64,000 bases of DNA from Pseudomonadota bacterium. GTDB lineage: Bacteria > Bdellovibrionota_B > Oligoflexia > Oligoflexales > CAIYRB01. Under the pieces are notes generated by a model that worked only from the letters and a program-made list of their open reading frames with translations, was not told the DNA's origin and made no database searches. Below are positions 8,601-18,198 of the stretch, piece after piece. The stretch covers positions 1 through 64,000 of the forward strand of contig JANOTL010000169.1 in the NCBI GenBank assembly GCA_031416315.1, read 5' to 3'. Both the position numbers and the translations under genes were made by a program. Each line of letters opens with the position of its first letter. Position 1 is the first letter of the stretch.

Positions 8601-9506
8601 TCACTGGGCGACCTTCGACCGGATGATCGTCAGGTCCCGCCCGAAGAGGAGCGGCCCGAGGAAGCCGTGATTCCCCGTCGCGTTCAGCGCGTGCAGATGC
8701 GGGTAAAGGATCGGCTTTGCCTTGTGTCCGACCGCGACCCCCGCGGCGGAGAGCATCTTTGCGTCGTTGGCTCCGTCGCCGACCGCGCAGGCCTCCCGCG
8801 GCGAGATGCCCAGGGAGGCGCAGGTCTCGTTTAGGAACTTCAGCTTGGCGTCGGCGTCGATGATCTCGCCCGTCACCTTGCCCGTGAGCTTGCCGCCCTC
8901 CACCTCGAGCGTGCACGCCTTGATTGCGTTGAAGCCGACCTTGCGCTGAATCGGCTCTGCGAGCTGCACGAAGCCGCCGGAGACCATGAAGCAGGGAATC
9001 CTGATCTCGCGGCAAAAGGCCGTGAACGGCTGGATGCCGCGGTTTAAGGTGAGGCGCTCAGAGACCTCGGCGAAGACCGACTCCGGCAGGCCCTTAAGAG
9101 TCGCGACCCTTTTCTTCAAGGCTTCGCGGAAGTCGAGCTCGCCGGCCATGGCGCGCTCGGTGATCTTCGACACTTCCTCCGCTTTGCCGGCGACGCGAGC
9201 CAGCTCGACCAAAGACTCCTCGACGATCACCGTCGCGTCCATGTCGAAGAAGACCGCCTTCACGCGCGGTACGAAAGAATAGCCAACGGTGGCGCCGGCG
9301 CGAAAAGCCCGGCCGAAGCCGGCGGCTAAGTCCGTCACCGAAAGGGGCGAGACGTCCTTGACCTCGGCAAAGCCGAAAGTCCCCGTGCCGATCGGCGCAA
9401 AGGGCTCGTAGTCCGAAAGTGAAAAGGGCGCCGGCATCAGGGCCGCCAGGCGCACCGTCTTCGGAAGGGGGTGCGGCACCCACGGTCCAGGTGTGTCTTT
9501 GTCCAC
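8601..9506 (-). CDS. serB: Phosphoserine phosphatase (HAD)
   Basis: FDMDATV, ITERAMAGELDF, VSGGF, VGDGANDAKML. Confidence 0.92.
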   Translation of the reverse strand: MDKDTPGPWVPHPLPKTVRLAALMPAPFSLSDYEPFAPIGTGTFGFAEVKDVSPLSVTDLAAGFGRAFRAGATVGYSFVPRVKAVFFDMDATVIVEESLVELARVAGKAEEVSKITERAMAGELDFREALKKRVATLKGLPESVFAEVSERLTLNRGIQPFTAFCREIRIPCFMVSGGFVQLAEPIQRKVGFNAIKACTLEVEGGKLTGKVTGEIIDADAKLKFLNETCASLGISPREACAVGDGANDAKMLSAAGVAVGHKAKPILYPHLHALNATGNHGFLGPLLFGRDLTIIRSKVAQ

Positions 9507-9513
9507 GAAACGC

Positions 9514-10023
9514 TCAGGCGGAGAGATTCAGATACGGGAGCCAGTCGTGCGCCGCTTCGCGATTCTCGTCGTCGATCAACTCGCGCCAGGCGGGCCGGCG
9601 TGGCGGCTTCAATAGAACCATGCCCGTGTCGTCGAGCGAGCGCGAGCCTTTCTTACGATTGCAGGTGTGGCAAGCGGCCACGACGTTCGTCCAGAGCGTC
9701 TTGCCGCCGCGGGCACGAGGGACGACGTGGTCGATGGTGATGGCGCCGGGACGGCATTTCACGCCGCAGTACTGACACTGATAGCCGTCACGGAGGAGCA
9801 CGTTCTTGCGAGTGCAGCGGACGAAGCCGAAACGGCTCACGACGCGCACGTAGCGCAGGAGTCTGACGACGCTCGGCAGCTGGACGGAGGTCGAGATGGA
9901 GCGGACGGCGGTCGCATACTCCGCGACGACTTCGGCTTTGTCCGCGAAGACCAGACACAAGGCCCGCTGCCAGCTAATGAGCTGCATCGGCTCAAATCCG
10001 GAGTTTAGAACCAGGGTGCGCAT
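9514..10023 (-). CDS. HNH endonuclease family protein
   Basis: TLVLNSGFEP, LLRDGYQCQYCG, TIDHVVPRARGG, WTNVVAACHTCNRKKG. Confidence 0.92.
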   Translation of the reverse strand: MRTLVLNSGFEPMQLISWQRALCLVFADKAEVVAEYATAVRSISTSVQLPSVVRLLRYVRVVSRFGFVRCTRKNVLLRDGYQCQYCGVKCRPGAITIDHVVPRARGGKTLWTNVVAACHTCNRKKGSRSLDDTGMVLLKPPRRPAWRELIDDENREAAHDWLPYLNLSA

Positions 10024-10131
10024 GATGTACCTTCTCTTCATTCTACATCAATTTTCGAGTGCTCCCAAACTGCCGCATCCACCGATGCGGTCCGCGCGCT
10101 TTCTCTCGCGCACGGGCGTATTGGGCCCCGC

Positions 10132-11283
10132 CTACATTTTGGCGCTGACCGTCGCGAAGATCTCCCTCCCCGTCGCTTCGTATTGCGCACCACGCAGCAT
10201 GGCGTCGGGAAATCCGTGCGCCCGCGTGAAATAGCCCGCGCCGCCGTCGATCTGGACGCCTTGATTCAGGAAGCGGAGGCTGGCTCGGATGCGATTCGTC
10301 TTCACGACCTCGTTCTTATGGTCGTTGTCTTGCCGCACGTTGATTCGATTGTAGCGCGCCAGATCCCGAAAATTGAACTCCGCAGTTTCCTGGCCGACGG
10401 CGACCCGTACCGCTGCCTGCTTCGTGAGCTCGTAGTCGCCGCCGAGCATGAGAAGCTGGCGGGGGAGGACGTATTGCTCCGGATCGAGGCCGAACAGGGA
10501 GATCTCGGTCTGGTCGTCGGAAGCGGTGGTGCCGTCGGCGAGCTCGTCCAGCTCGTTGATCCAGCGTTTGTAGCTGCCCCCGACGACGATCTGCTTCTTG
10601 ACGCGGTAGTGGCCGTCCGCGACGATCTGGCCGCGCTCGACGACGATGCGCTCTTCGCCGTCCACGTCGGTCTTGCCGCGGAGCGGCGGAAAATACGCAT
10701 ACGCCAGGCCGCCGCGATCTTTCATCTTGAAGGCGAGGCCGGCGCCGTAGCCGACGAGCGTCGTCCGGTAACGCGTGATCATGCCGCTCCGGAGGAAGGG
10801 GTCCCCGTAGAGCGCGACGTCGCGGTACAGGTAGCGGATCGCGATGCCGGCGTGGAACATGTCCGTCAGCTCGACGTTGATCTTCACCTGGGAATGCTGG
10901 ATTTTCGAGGTCTCGATCTTCGGGTCGCGGTTGCGCTCCGGCAGGTCGGTCTCGACCTTGTGAAACTGGGTCTGATGCGAGATGCCGATCAGGGCGCCCG
11001 CGCCGAGGTCGCCGATAGCGCTCGCAGCGAGGAAGTCGTCGTTGACCGTGCTCTCGATCACTTCGCCGCCCGTCTCCGACTGGTCGAGCTTGGTGACGCG
11101 CGAGTGGCGCAGGAGGATGCCGCCGGCCTGGCTCTTTCCAGCCTGGAGGTTCGCCGGGTTCAAGAGAAAGAGGTGGGTCGCCGCGCCGTCGGTCGGATAT
11201 TGAAGATAATCCTCGATGATGTCGGCTTTGGCGGTGGATGCCGTCATGGCGAGCGCCAGGAGCATCTTGCTCGAGAGCGTCAT
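10132..11283 (-). CDS. Predicted outer-membrane beta-barrel protein
   Basis: Sec signal (AKA-DI), NPA motif near the N-terminus as in FadL/TbuX-like barrels, many amphipathic Gly/aromatic strands; starts 3 bp after the upstream stop. Confidence 0.65.
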   Translation of the reverse strand: MTLSSKMLLALAMTASTAKADIIEDYLQYPTDGAATHLFLLNPANLQAGKSQAGGILLRHSRVTKLDQSETGGEVIESTVNDDFLAASAIGDLGAGALIGISHQTQFHKVETDLPERNRDPKIETSKIQHSQVKINVELTDMFHAGIAIRYLYRDVALYGDPFLRSGMITRYRTTLVGYGAGLAFKMKDRGGLAYAYFPPLRGKTDVDGEERIVVERGQIVADGHYRVKKQIVVGGSYKRWINELDELADGTTASDDQTEISLFGLDPEQYVLPRQLLMLGGDYELTKQAAVRVAVGQETAEFNFRDLARYNRINVRQDNDHKNEVVKTNRIRASLRFLNQGVQIDGGAGYFTRAHGFPDAMLRGAQYEATGREIFATVSAKM

Positions 11284-11285
11284 AT

Positions 11286-12650
11286 TTAGGTGGACCTCAG
11301 CCGTGTCATGGCTGGGATCGCTTCCAGGTACGGTCGGAACTGCCCGTAAGCAGCGCCTAATGTGAGCGCAAGAACCGCGCCGCCGACGTGGGTGGGGTTG
11401 AGCTGGATGCCGCGCGTCGTATCGGTCGTCTCCAAGCCCGTGTCGGGGTCGATCAACTCGGCCGCCTGGAGGTCCGCGTCGCGGGTCGCGCCGACCGCGC
11501 GGCCGCCGTCGAGGCCGCCGCCGATGATGAGCGCGCCGCCGACCGGCCAATGGTCTCTGCCGTTGCCGCCGTTGACCCGAGGCGTGCGGCCGAAATCGGA
11601 GTGCATGACGATGAGGGTTTGGTCGAGCTTGCCTGAAAGGCGGAGGCCTTCGACGAGGCGCGAGACCATGAAGTCGACGCGCGCGAGGAGGGTTGTGAGC
11701 GCCGTGGTCTGGTTCTGGTGCGTGTCGAAGCCGCCAATGCCTAGGTTCACGCAGGTGCAAATACCGTTGTTAATCAGCTTCAGAGCGAGCGCGACCGAGT
11801 CGGAGCCGCCGCCGCCCATTCCGGCAGGCGCGCCGCTTTGGAAGAGGGCGCGGTCGGCGTTGGTGAGCGCGAGCTTCTCGCCGACGTTGGTCGCGAACTG
11901 GCCACGGACCTTGTCGTTGGCAGCCGCAAGGGCTTTGACCCGGTCGTTGTCGCCGGTTTCGGCGCGTAGGCGCTCGACCGAGGCGTTGAGATAGTCGAGG
12001 ACCGCCATCTTGCGCTCGAGCGCGTCGGCGTCGGTCGGGTACATCGAGCGGTAAAGGTCGAGGTTGCCGGCCCGCACGACCGAGACCGGCTTCAGGAGGC
12101 CGCGGTCGGTCTGCGGCTCGGTGCCGCCGTTCAGCTGGATGATCGGGATCGTGGCCTCGCTCTCGGAGGCGACGATCGAGGGGACCGAAGCGGCGTTGAC
12201 GCGGCCGGCGTTCGAGAGGATGCCGGTGTCGCAGTACACCTGACCCGCGGTGTGCGAGGTCGTGCCCATCGACAGGCCGCGGACGACGAGGAGGTCCTTG
12301 CCAAGCGCAGCGATCCCAGGAAGGAAGCGGCCGATGCGCGCGCCGTCGGTGGCTCCCGCGACGGGATGCGCCAGGCCGAAATCATAGGAGACGTCGACGC
12401 CGGCGGTGGAATTCACTTTCGGATCCGTCACTTCCAGGATGTCCCAGCCGCCGTTCATTGAGATCCAAATGAGGTTCCGGGCCGGCAGGTAGGAGGTCGC
12501 CGTTTGGGCGCGGGCCCGGCCGGAGAAGAGCAAGTTGCCGAGCGTCGCGTAAGCCGTGAGGCTAACGCCCCCGGCGAGCAGCGTGCGTCGCGAGATCTCC
12601 TCGACCTCGCTCGGATGCGCGATGTGGACGTTCGACGGCTTCTTGGTCAC
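11286..12650 (-). CDS. Tat-exported DUF1501 family protein (alkaline phosphatase-like fold)
   Basis: SRRTLL Tat motif; NGGWD, GGFDTHQNQ, SDFGRTPRVNGGNGRDHWP; GTG start overlaps the upstream TGA. Confidence 0.88.
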   Translation of the reverse strand: MTKKPSNVHIAHPSEVEEISRRTLLAGGVSLTAYATLGNLLFSGRARAQTATSYLPARNLIWISMNGGWDILEVTDPKVNSTAGVDVSYDFGLAHPVAGATDGARIGRFLPGIAALGKDLLVVRGLSMGTTSHTAGQVYCDTGILSNAGRVNAASVPSIVASESEATIPIIQLNGGTEPQTDRGLLKPVSVVRAGNLDLYRSMYPTDADALERKMAVLDYLNASVERLRAETGDNDRVKALAAANDKVRGQFATNVGEKLALTNADRALFQSGAPAGMGGGGSDSVALALKLINNGICTCVNLGIGGFDTHQNQTTALTTLLARVDFMVSRLVEGLRLSGKLDQTLIVMHSDFGRTPRVNGGNGRDHWPVGGALIIGGGLDGGRAVGATRDADLQAAELIDPDTGLETTDTTRGIQLNPTHVGGAVLALTLGAAYGQFRPYLEAIPAMTRLRST

Positions 12651-14314
12651 GGAGGCGCCTCCAACCAGCACCGCACGGTCTCTTTGAAGTCGAAGATCGC
12701 GCCGATGCGCGGCGGGCCGGCCTGACCGGGGGGCATGCTGCCGCTCGACATGATGTTCACCGCCGCACGGCCAGCGGAGCGCCACTGCGCCTCCGTCGTG
12801 AGATCGACGCGCGTGCTCGATCCGGCGCTGTGGCAGTTGGTGCAAAGCCCAAGTTGCGGCGCGATATTGGCGGCGAAGGTCGGGGCCGGATCCGGGCAGG
12901 GCTGCTCGGCGTTGCCGCCGGGCGCTTCGCCGAGCGGCGGCTGCTCCAGCGGATCGGTGACGACGGCATCGATGCGCGTGCCCTCGATGTAGGCGGGGTG
13001 CGTGGCGACGGCGTAGACCAACTCTTTGAAGCTGTAGTTCGTCGTGATGAAGTAGTTGGTGAGCACGGCCCGGAGGTCGGCTTCGTCGGCGAAGAAGCCG
13101 CGGCCCATCAGCCATTCCCAGACGTGCTCGACGGTACACGTCGAGAAGGCGTTGTCGTTACGGATGATGTCCGCGAGGTCCGAGAGGTACGAGCCGGCGT
13201 GACCGCCGAAGCTTGTCGCGACCGTGCCGCGGTTGCCGCGGTAGAGGTCCCCGCCCTCGCCCCACGCGTTGAAGAAGTCGGCGAGTGGGTCCAGGGTCGC
13301 GTGGCAGCCGGAGCAGCCCGGAGTGGTGCGGAGGTTCCCCGGATCCTGGGGGAAAACGCGCGGCAGCTCGGAGGTGAACTTGCGGCAGAGGAGGCGCTCG
13401 TAAAGTTGGTTGGCGCGGGTCCGGTTTTTCTCGTAGCGGCGGAGCCAGCCGAAAGTCGTGAGGACGCCCGCCTGCTCGTAGGTGTTGCCCGTGTAAACGA
13501 GGCGGAACTTCGTGTCGGTGAGGCTGATGTTGTTGATCGTGTCGAGCAGCTCTTTCGGGATCGAGAGCTTGTCCAAGTCGAAGTGGTGCGACTGCCGGTA
13601 GAAGTGCGAAATGGCGCCGTCGACCGCGGTGAGGCCGGGCTCCAGGATTTTGGTGTAGGGATAGTTGGAGACGACGACCGCCGTCGCCAGGCCGGCGGAC
13701 TGCTTCGAGAGGGACTTCACGACGGAAAAGCGCGAATCGAAGATCTCGGTGGCGCCGAGCTCGGCGTTGCGCGCCTCGTTCGGGTCGCGGTACTCGATGA
13801 AGCAGCGCGAGAGGTCGGAGCCGCAGGCGCGCACGACCGAAGGGCAGACCCAGGCGACGATGCCCGGGTACCAGAAGACGGTGACGGCCTGCTCCCAGGA
13901 TTGCGGGCAGCTGCCGGTCTTCGAGCCCTCGTCGAGGGAGGACCAGTAGCAGCGGAAGCGGCGGGCGGCGTCGTCGTCATGGCTGCAGGTGATCTGCGCG
14001 AACTTCTCCGACTTGCCGTCGATGTCGTCTCGTTGCAGCTCGGTCAGGTAGTCCATCTGCAGGCCGGTGCCGAAGAGCTTCTCGTGATAGCGCAAGGTGG
14101 CGTCGTAAAAGTTCTCACTCTCGACGAAATTGCGGACGGCCGTCTTGTAGGTCACGTCCGAGGAGGCGAAGATCGCGAACTGCTCGTCGGTCGGCGTCGT
14201 CGCGTTGAGAAGATACTGCGAGCGCTTTAGGGCGCGCTCGTAGTTGGCGTCGGCGAAAGCAGGGGTCGACTTCAGCGTGATGACGAAGGCGACGGCGAGG
14301 ATGAGACGCATCAT
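12647..14314 (-). CDS. Secreted diheme c-type cytochrome, DUF1585/DUF1588-like
   Basis: Signal peptide (AFA-DA); NRTRAN..LLC, CSGCHATLDPLA, C-terminal CTNCH...MPP; ATGA overlap with the upstream gene. Confidence 0.8.
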   Translation of the reverse strand: MMRLILAVAFVITLKSTPAFADANYERALKRSQYLLNATTPTDEQFAIFASSDVTYKTAVRNFVESENFYDATLRYHEKLFGTGLQMDYLTELQRDDIDGKSEKFAQITCSHDDDAARRFRCYWSSLDEGSKTGSCPQSWEQAVTVFWYPGIVAWVCPSVVRACGSDLSRCFIEYRDPNEARNAELGATEIFDSRFSVVKSLSKQSAGLATAVVVSNYPYTKILEPGLTAVDGAISHFYRQSHHFDLDKLSIPKELLDTINNISLTDTKFRLVYTGNTYEQAGVLTTFGWLRRYEKNRTRANQLYERLLCRKFTSELPRVFPQDPGNLRTTPGCSGCHATLDPLADFFNAWGEGGDLYRGNRGTVATSFGGHAGSYLSDLADIIRNDNAFSTCTVEHVWEWLMGRGFFADEADLRAVLTNYFITTNYSFKELVYAVATHPAYIEGTRIDAVVTDPLEQPPLGEAPGGNAEQPCPDPAPTFAANIAPQLGLCTNCHSAGSSTRVDLTTEAQWRSAGRAAVNIMSSGSMPPGQAGPPRIGAIFDFKETVRCWLEAPP

Positions 14315-15027
14315 AGGTAGAGCGCCTCCGCGTCCAGAGCCAGGGTCGCGCAAACGGGAACGTATTTTGCGTAGGGGTCGGCCCCCCACCATTGCTCGCG
14401 GATCGCGGCCTCTTCGCCGTCCATGATGATCGCCAAGCCGGAGATCGCCGCGGGGTCGATTTTCGCGGTCGGCTTGCCGATGAAGCGCTGCGCGAGCCAG
14501 CCGATGTTCTCTATCTCTTGATTTGCCGCGAAGGGCAGGATCGTCTTCCAGCCCTCGTGCTCGACCGCGTTCGGCGCGACCAAGCCGCGGCACACTTCCT
14601 CCGCCACTTTGAACACGGCGAGGAGCGAGGTCGCGTCGTAGGTGTCCTGGGGCTGCTTGGCGAAGTCCTCGGTCGCGCCGCCGAGGAGAAGGCGGAACTG
14701 CTCGACTTGGCCGATCTGCCGCGCGATGGTCACGCCTTCGTCGCGGTACTGGCGCAGCATGCGCCGGACGTAGAGATCGGGATCGGGGCGGATGGCGGCG
14801 GGCGCGTGCGTGCTGGCGACGGCATAGACTGCGCTCAGCGCCGCGTCGTCGACGGCGCCGGCCTTCGCGCCGATGGAGCGGCCGATGACGGCGCCGTTGA
14901 AGGCGCCCTCGCTGCCGCCGCCGCCGCTCTTGTCGTCGTCGTTCTTGAAGAAGGTGTAGACGTAGCAGCCGCTGGCGAGAGGCATCAGCAGGAAGGTCAC
15001 GAGGATCATTCGAAAATGTCGAGCCAT
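14311..15027 (-). CDS. Hypothetical lipoprotein (partner of the cytochrome/DUF1501 module)
   Basis: Lipobox ASGC; translationally coupled to the downstream gene. Confidence 0.8.
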   Translation of the reverse strand: MARHFRMILVTFLLMPLASGCYVYTFFKNDDDKSGGGGSEGAFNGAVIGRSIGAKAGAVDDAALSAVYAVASTHAPAAIRPDPDLYVRRMLRQYRDEGVTIARQIGQVEQFRLLLGGATEDFAKQPQDTYDATSLLAVFKVAEEVCRGLVAPNAVEHEGWKTILPFAANQEIENIGWLAQRFIGKPTAKIDPAAISGLAIIMDGEEAAIREQWWGADPYAKYVPVCATLALDAEALYL

Positions 15028-15098
15028 GGCCGCATACTCCCGTCCTCAGGTTCGGCCTGCGGCGGCCAAACTTGAGAAATCGGCATCAAGATTCTGAT

Positions 15099-16157
15099 TT
15101 ATAAGGGAAAAACGAAGCCCGAAGTGATGGCGAAGGCGGCAAGCTCGTGCTCGGCGTTGAACTCGGGCAAGCTTTGGCCGTCCTTGCCGTAAGCGCCGAT
15201 GACGCCGACGAAGGCATGTTCGTCGAGGCCGCCGATGCAGAAGAGAGCCTTCACCGAGCTCACGGGCATCGAGTCGAAGGTGACGAAGGCGTTGCTCGAG
15301 TAGCTGAGCGTCTTATGCATGGCGGAGAGCTTCAGCCCGATCGGACCGAAGGGACGAAAGGCGCCGACGCGCGCCTCAAAGTAGTCGGAGTAAAGGGTCG
15401 TACCGGCCTCGTCCTTCGGGCCTTTGCCGCGCGCCTGGATGAAGGCAAGCTCGAAGTCGAAGGTCGAGGCGAGGGCCGCGAACTCGCCGGTGATGCCGAT
15501 CCGCGGCGGAATGAAGACCGTGTCCTCGCCGGAAAGGGTGGAGCCGTCGCTCGCCGTCTTCTCGAAATGGCGGTCCGACTCGACGCCAAAGACGTAGTAG
15601 AAGCCGCCGGTCCAAGGGCCGGCGCGGCGCACTACGCCGATACGCTTCACCAGGACCTGCGAGGAGTCGTAGGTCGTGTCGGAGGAGGTCGACGGTGCGA
15701 CGACGGTCTCTCTGTGCTTCGGGAGGATTTGGTACATCGCGCCGGCGTAAAGCTCGAGGCCCTTGTTCGTGATGAAGGTCGCGTCGAGGGACGGCGAGAT
15801 CGCGGTCGGCGTGTCCTCGACGACGGCGCGCGGAGCCTCGTCCTCCGCTTGTTTCCGCTTCGAGTACTCGGCTTTGACGTTGGCGCGCACGCCGTAGCGC
15901 TTTTGGATGGCGAGGTCGCCGCCGAAATTGACGAACGCTTCGAGGCGGCGGTCGTACTTCGTGCTGTCGGGCGGGCTCGAAGTCACCTTGGCGTCGACGA
16001 CGCCCAAGTCCAGACGGCTCCAGACGTTCGATTGTCGGCGAAAATTCTGCGCCATGACGCCGGGCGAATGGTCGTCCTGCACCGGAAACGCGAGCGCCGG
16101 CACGGCGACGTTAGCGGCGCATGCGAAGGCGAGCAGAGTTGTCCAAAGTCTCGACAC
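15099..16157 (-). CDS. Predicted outer-membrane beta-barrel protein
   Basis: Signal peptide (ALA-FP), alternating hydrophobic strands, C-terminal GFVFPL. Confidence 0.65.
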   Translation of the reverse strand: MSRLWTTLLAFACAANVAVPALAFPVQDDHSPGVMAQNFRRQSNVWSRLDLGVVDAKVTSSPPDSTKYDRRLEAFVNFGGDLAIQKRYGVRANVKAEYSKRKQAEDEAPRAVVEDTPTAISPSLDATFITNKGLELYAGAMYQILPKHRETVVAPSTSSDTTYDSSQVLVKRIGVVRRAGPWTGGFYYVFGVESDRHFEKTASDGSTLSGEDTVFIPPRIGITGEFAALASTFDFELAFIQARGKGPKDEAGTTLYSDYFEARVGAFRPFGPIGLKLSAMHKTLSYSSNAFVTFDSMPVSSVKALFCIGGLDEHAFVGVIGAYGKDGQSLPEFNAEHELAAFAITSGFVFPL

Positions 16158-16298
16158 GAGTCTTCCGTTTCCCCCGATCCCGCTATCGGTGGCTCCCCTC
16201 GCCGCCTTGACTCAAGGCGCGCTTTCCCCTGCCGATGACCAGGCATAGAACTCGGTCGACCTCGGCCCCATGCGATTGGTTTTTGGGAGTAGGCAAAC

Positions 16299-17225
16299 AT
16301 GGCGCGACTTGCGGCCAAAATTCTCGCGTTGGCGATCCTGATCGGGATGGCAGCCTGCACGCGCACGCAGAACAAGCCGGTCGAGATGGTGTGCAAGCCC
16401 GGTGAGGCCAAGGACGCGGCGGGCAAGTGCGCGGTCAGGCCGGCGGGCTCGATCGGCGCGGTGCCTTCGGCCGGCGTCTCACCGGGGGGATCGACCTCCG
16501 TGACGACGCCCGAGTTCGCGGGCGGCGCCCCGACGGGCGCGACGGTCGGCGCGAGCGGGGCAAGCGCTCCCCCTTCGGACATGAGTGGCTTGCCGTCGGA
16601 CGTGCTTCAGCAAGAAGGCGACGGGCCGATGAGCTCGGGCGCAGGCGCCGGCGGCGCTTCGGGACCGAGCGGACCTTCCGGAGGCTCGGTCCCGAGCGGA
16701 CTGCCCGGGGCGACCGGCGTGAGCGGAACGACGGGGGCCACGGGGATGGGCGGGGTCACCGGAGCGACGGCTCCTACGAGCCCCTCGGAAGGCCTCAGCG
16801 GGACGAGCGGAATCACGGGGACCTCCGGGGCCTCCGGCATGACTGGAGCGCCTCAGAACCCGGATGCCGCTGCCAACCAGGTGGACAGCAAGCCTCCGGT
16901 CTTCCCGACGGACGCTCCGGTACGCGCCGACCAGGGCGCGCCTTGGGTGGTCGCGAAGCTGGTCATCGGTTCGCAGGGCGAGCACCTGATCCGCCTCGCA
17001 TTCTCGCACGTCGAGGAGCTGAGCGAGGTGGAGTACTCGGCCGAGAAGAAACCACTGACCGGAAGAGGCACGAGCTTCAACGACGGCTCGCTCGTGGTCG
17101 ACACGTTCGCCATGCCGGTTACGGTCACCTTCCGCTTCAACAAGCAGAGCTGCAAGCTCGGTCCGATCGGCGCGACGCGGATGGGCGAAACCGGCAAGCC
17201 CGAGTGCCAAGGAGAAAAGCCGTGA
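16299..17225 (+). CDS. Lipoprotein with G-x-S/T collagen-like linker
   Basis: Lipobox MAAC; GATGVSGTTGATG and GTSGITGTSGASG triplets. Confidence 0.8.
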   Translation: MARLAAKILALAILIGMAACTRTQNKPVEMVCKPGEAKDAAGKCAVRPAGSIGAVPSAGVSPGGSTSVTTPEFAGGAPTGATVGASGASAPPSDMSGLPSDVLQQEGDGPMSSGAGAGGASGPSGPSGGSVPSGLPGATGVSGTTGATGMGGVTGATAPTSPSEGLSGTSGITGTSGASGMTGAPQNPDAAANQVDSKPPVFPTDAPVRADQGAPWVVAKLVIGSQGEHLIRLAFSHVEELSEVEYSAEKKPLTGRGTSFNDGSLVVDTFAMPVTVTFRFNKQSCKLGPIGATRMGETGKPECQGEKP

Positions 17226-18169
17226 GTCGTCCGACGCTCCTTCTCCTGCTCCTCGTGCTCGTGGCCTGCCGCCCGGCACGGCCTGCGAGTGACGCCAGCA
17301 GTCTGCGCGACAACGCGACGGTAGGCGTCGTCAGCGGCACGCAGACCGTCACCGTGTCGCACGACGGCGCGAGGTACACTTTCAAGCCGGACCGCACGGA
17401 CCTTCGGCTCGTCGAGCTGCGCGACCTCAGCCTCTTCGGCGCGAAAAAGGGGAAAATCGCCAACCTCAAGGCGAAGTCCTGGATCACGGTACCGGCCGCC
17501 AGCTTCGGCCTCGAGGTGGTCTTCGCGCCCGACGTCGTTTGCAAGAGCATTCCGGCGAACACCGCGGTCGGCGTGGCTCTCAAGGGACAGATCGCCGTCA
17601 ACTGCGTGTCGGTCGCCGACCAGACGCGGGAGCTTAAGGATGTCTGCCGCGAGCTTTCGGCCGACACCACCGTCGCGAGCTTCGACGACATGCGCGACTA
17701 TTGCACCTGCTGGAAGCGGCGGGCCACGGAGCTGAAGTACGTCGACTCCCTCGGCCAGAAGAACCTCTTCCGCGCCGAGTGCAAAAACGTCGGCTCGAAG
17801 GACATCCTGAAGGGCATCTGCGGCGACATCCGCGACAGGTTCTGCAAGACCTGCAAGCTGGAAGATTTGGCGTGCGAGTGCCCGAAGGGCGCCACCCTCA
17901 CCTACTCTCAATACCTCAACGACCCAGAGCAGTTTCGCACGGCTTGCATGGACGGCGTGACGCCACCCTCGAACGGGGCCGAGGCGCAGCAGTTCGACCG
18001 CTTCCGCAGCTTCTGCAACCGCGCTGGCGGTAGCTTCCTCGAAGGGGCGAAGTTGGCGAGCGGGAGACCGGAGTGCGAATGTCGCGGGACGCGGCGGTAC
18101 GTCTTGGACGACTACGAGTATTACAAGGATCGTGAAGAAACGTTTCGAAGCCTTTGCCTCAGCGACTGA
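17222..18169 (+). CDS. Cys-rich lipoprotein with three 4-Cys repeats
   Basis: GTG overlaps the upstream TGA; lipobox LVAC; three C...CxC...F-x3-C units. Confidence 0.8.
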   Translation: MSRPTLLLLLLVLVACRPARPASDASSLRDNATVGVVSGTQTVTVSHDGARYTFKPDRTDLRLVELRDLSLFGAKKGKIANLKAKSWITVPAASFGLEVVFAPDVVCKSIPANTAVGVALKGQIAVNCVSVADQTRELKDVCRELSADTTVASFDDMRDYCTCWKRRATELKYVDSLGQKNLFRAECKNVGSKDILKGICGDIRDRFCKTCKLEDLACECPKGATLTYSQYLNDPEQFRTACMDGVTPPSNGAEAQQFDRFRSFCNRAGGSFLEGAKLASGRPECECRGTRRYVLDDYEYYKDREETFRSLCLSD

Positions 18170-18198
18170 AGGCGGCGACTTCGAGTAAGATCATAGCG

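Noticed and set aside
9514..10023. HNH nuclease as a defence or homing element
   Set aside because: Matches the widespread standalone bacterial HNH family; no methylase, cas gene or intron context.
10132..14593. Extended N-termini in the ORF track (542, 617 and 648 aa; also 16427, 34785, 43823, 59558)
   Set aside because: The extensions overlap neighbouring genes; better starts with signal peptides or stop-start coupling lie downstream.
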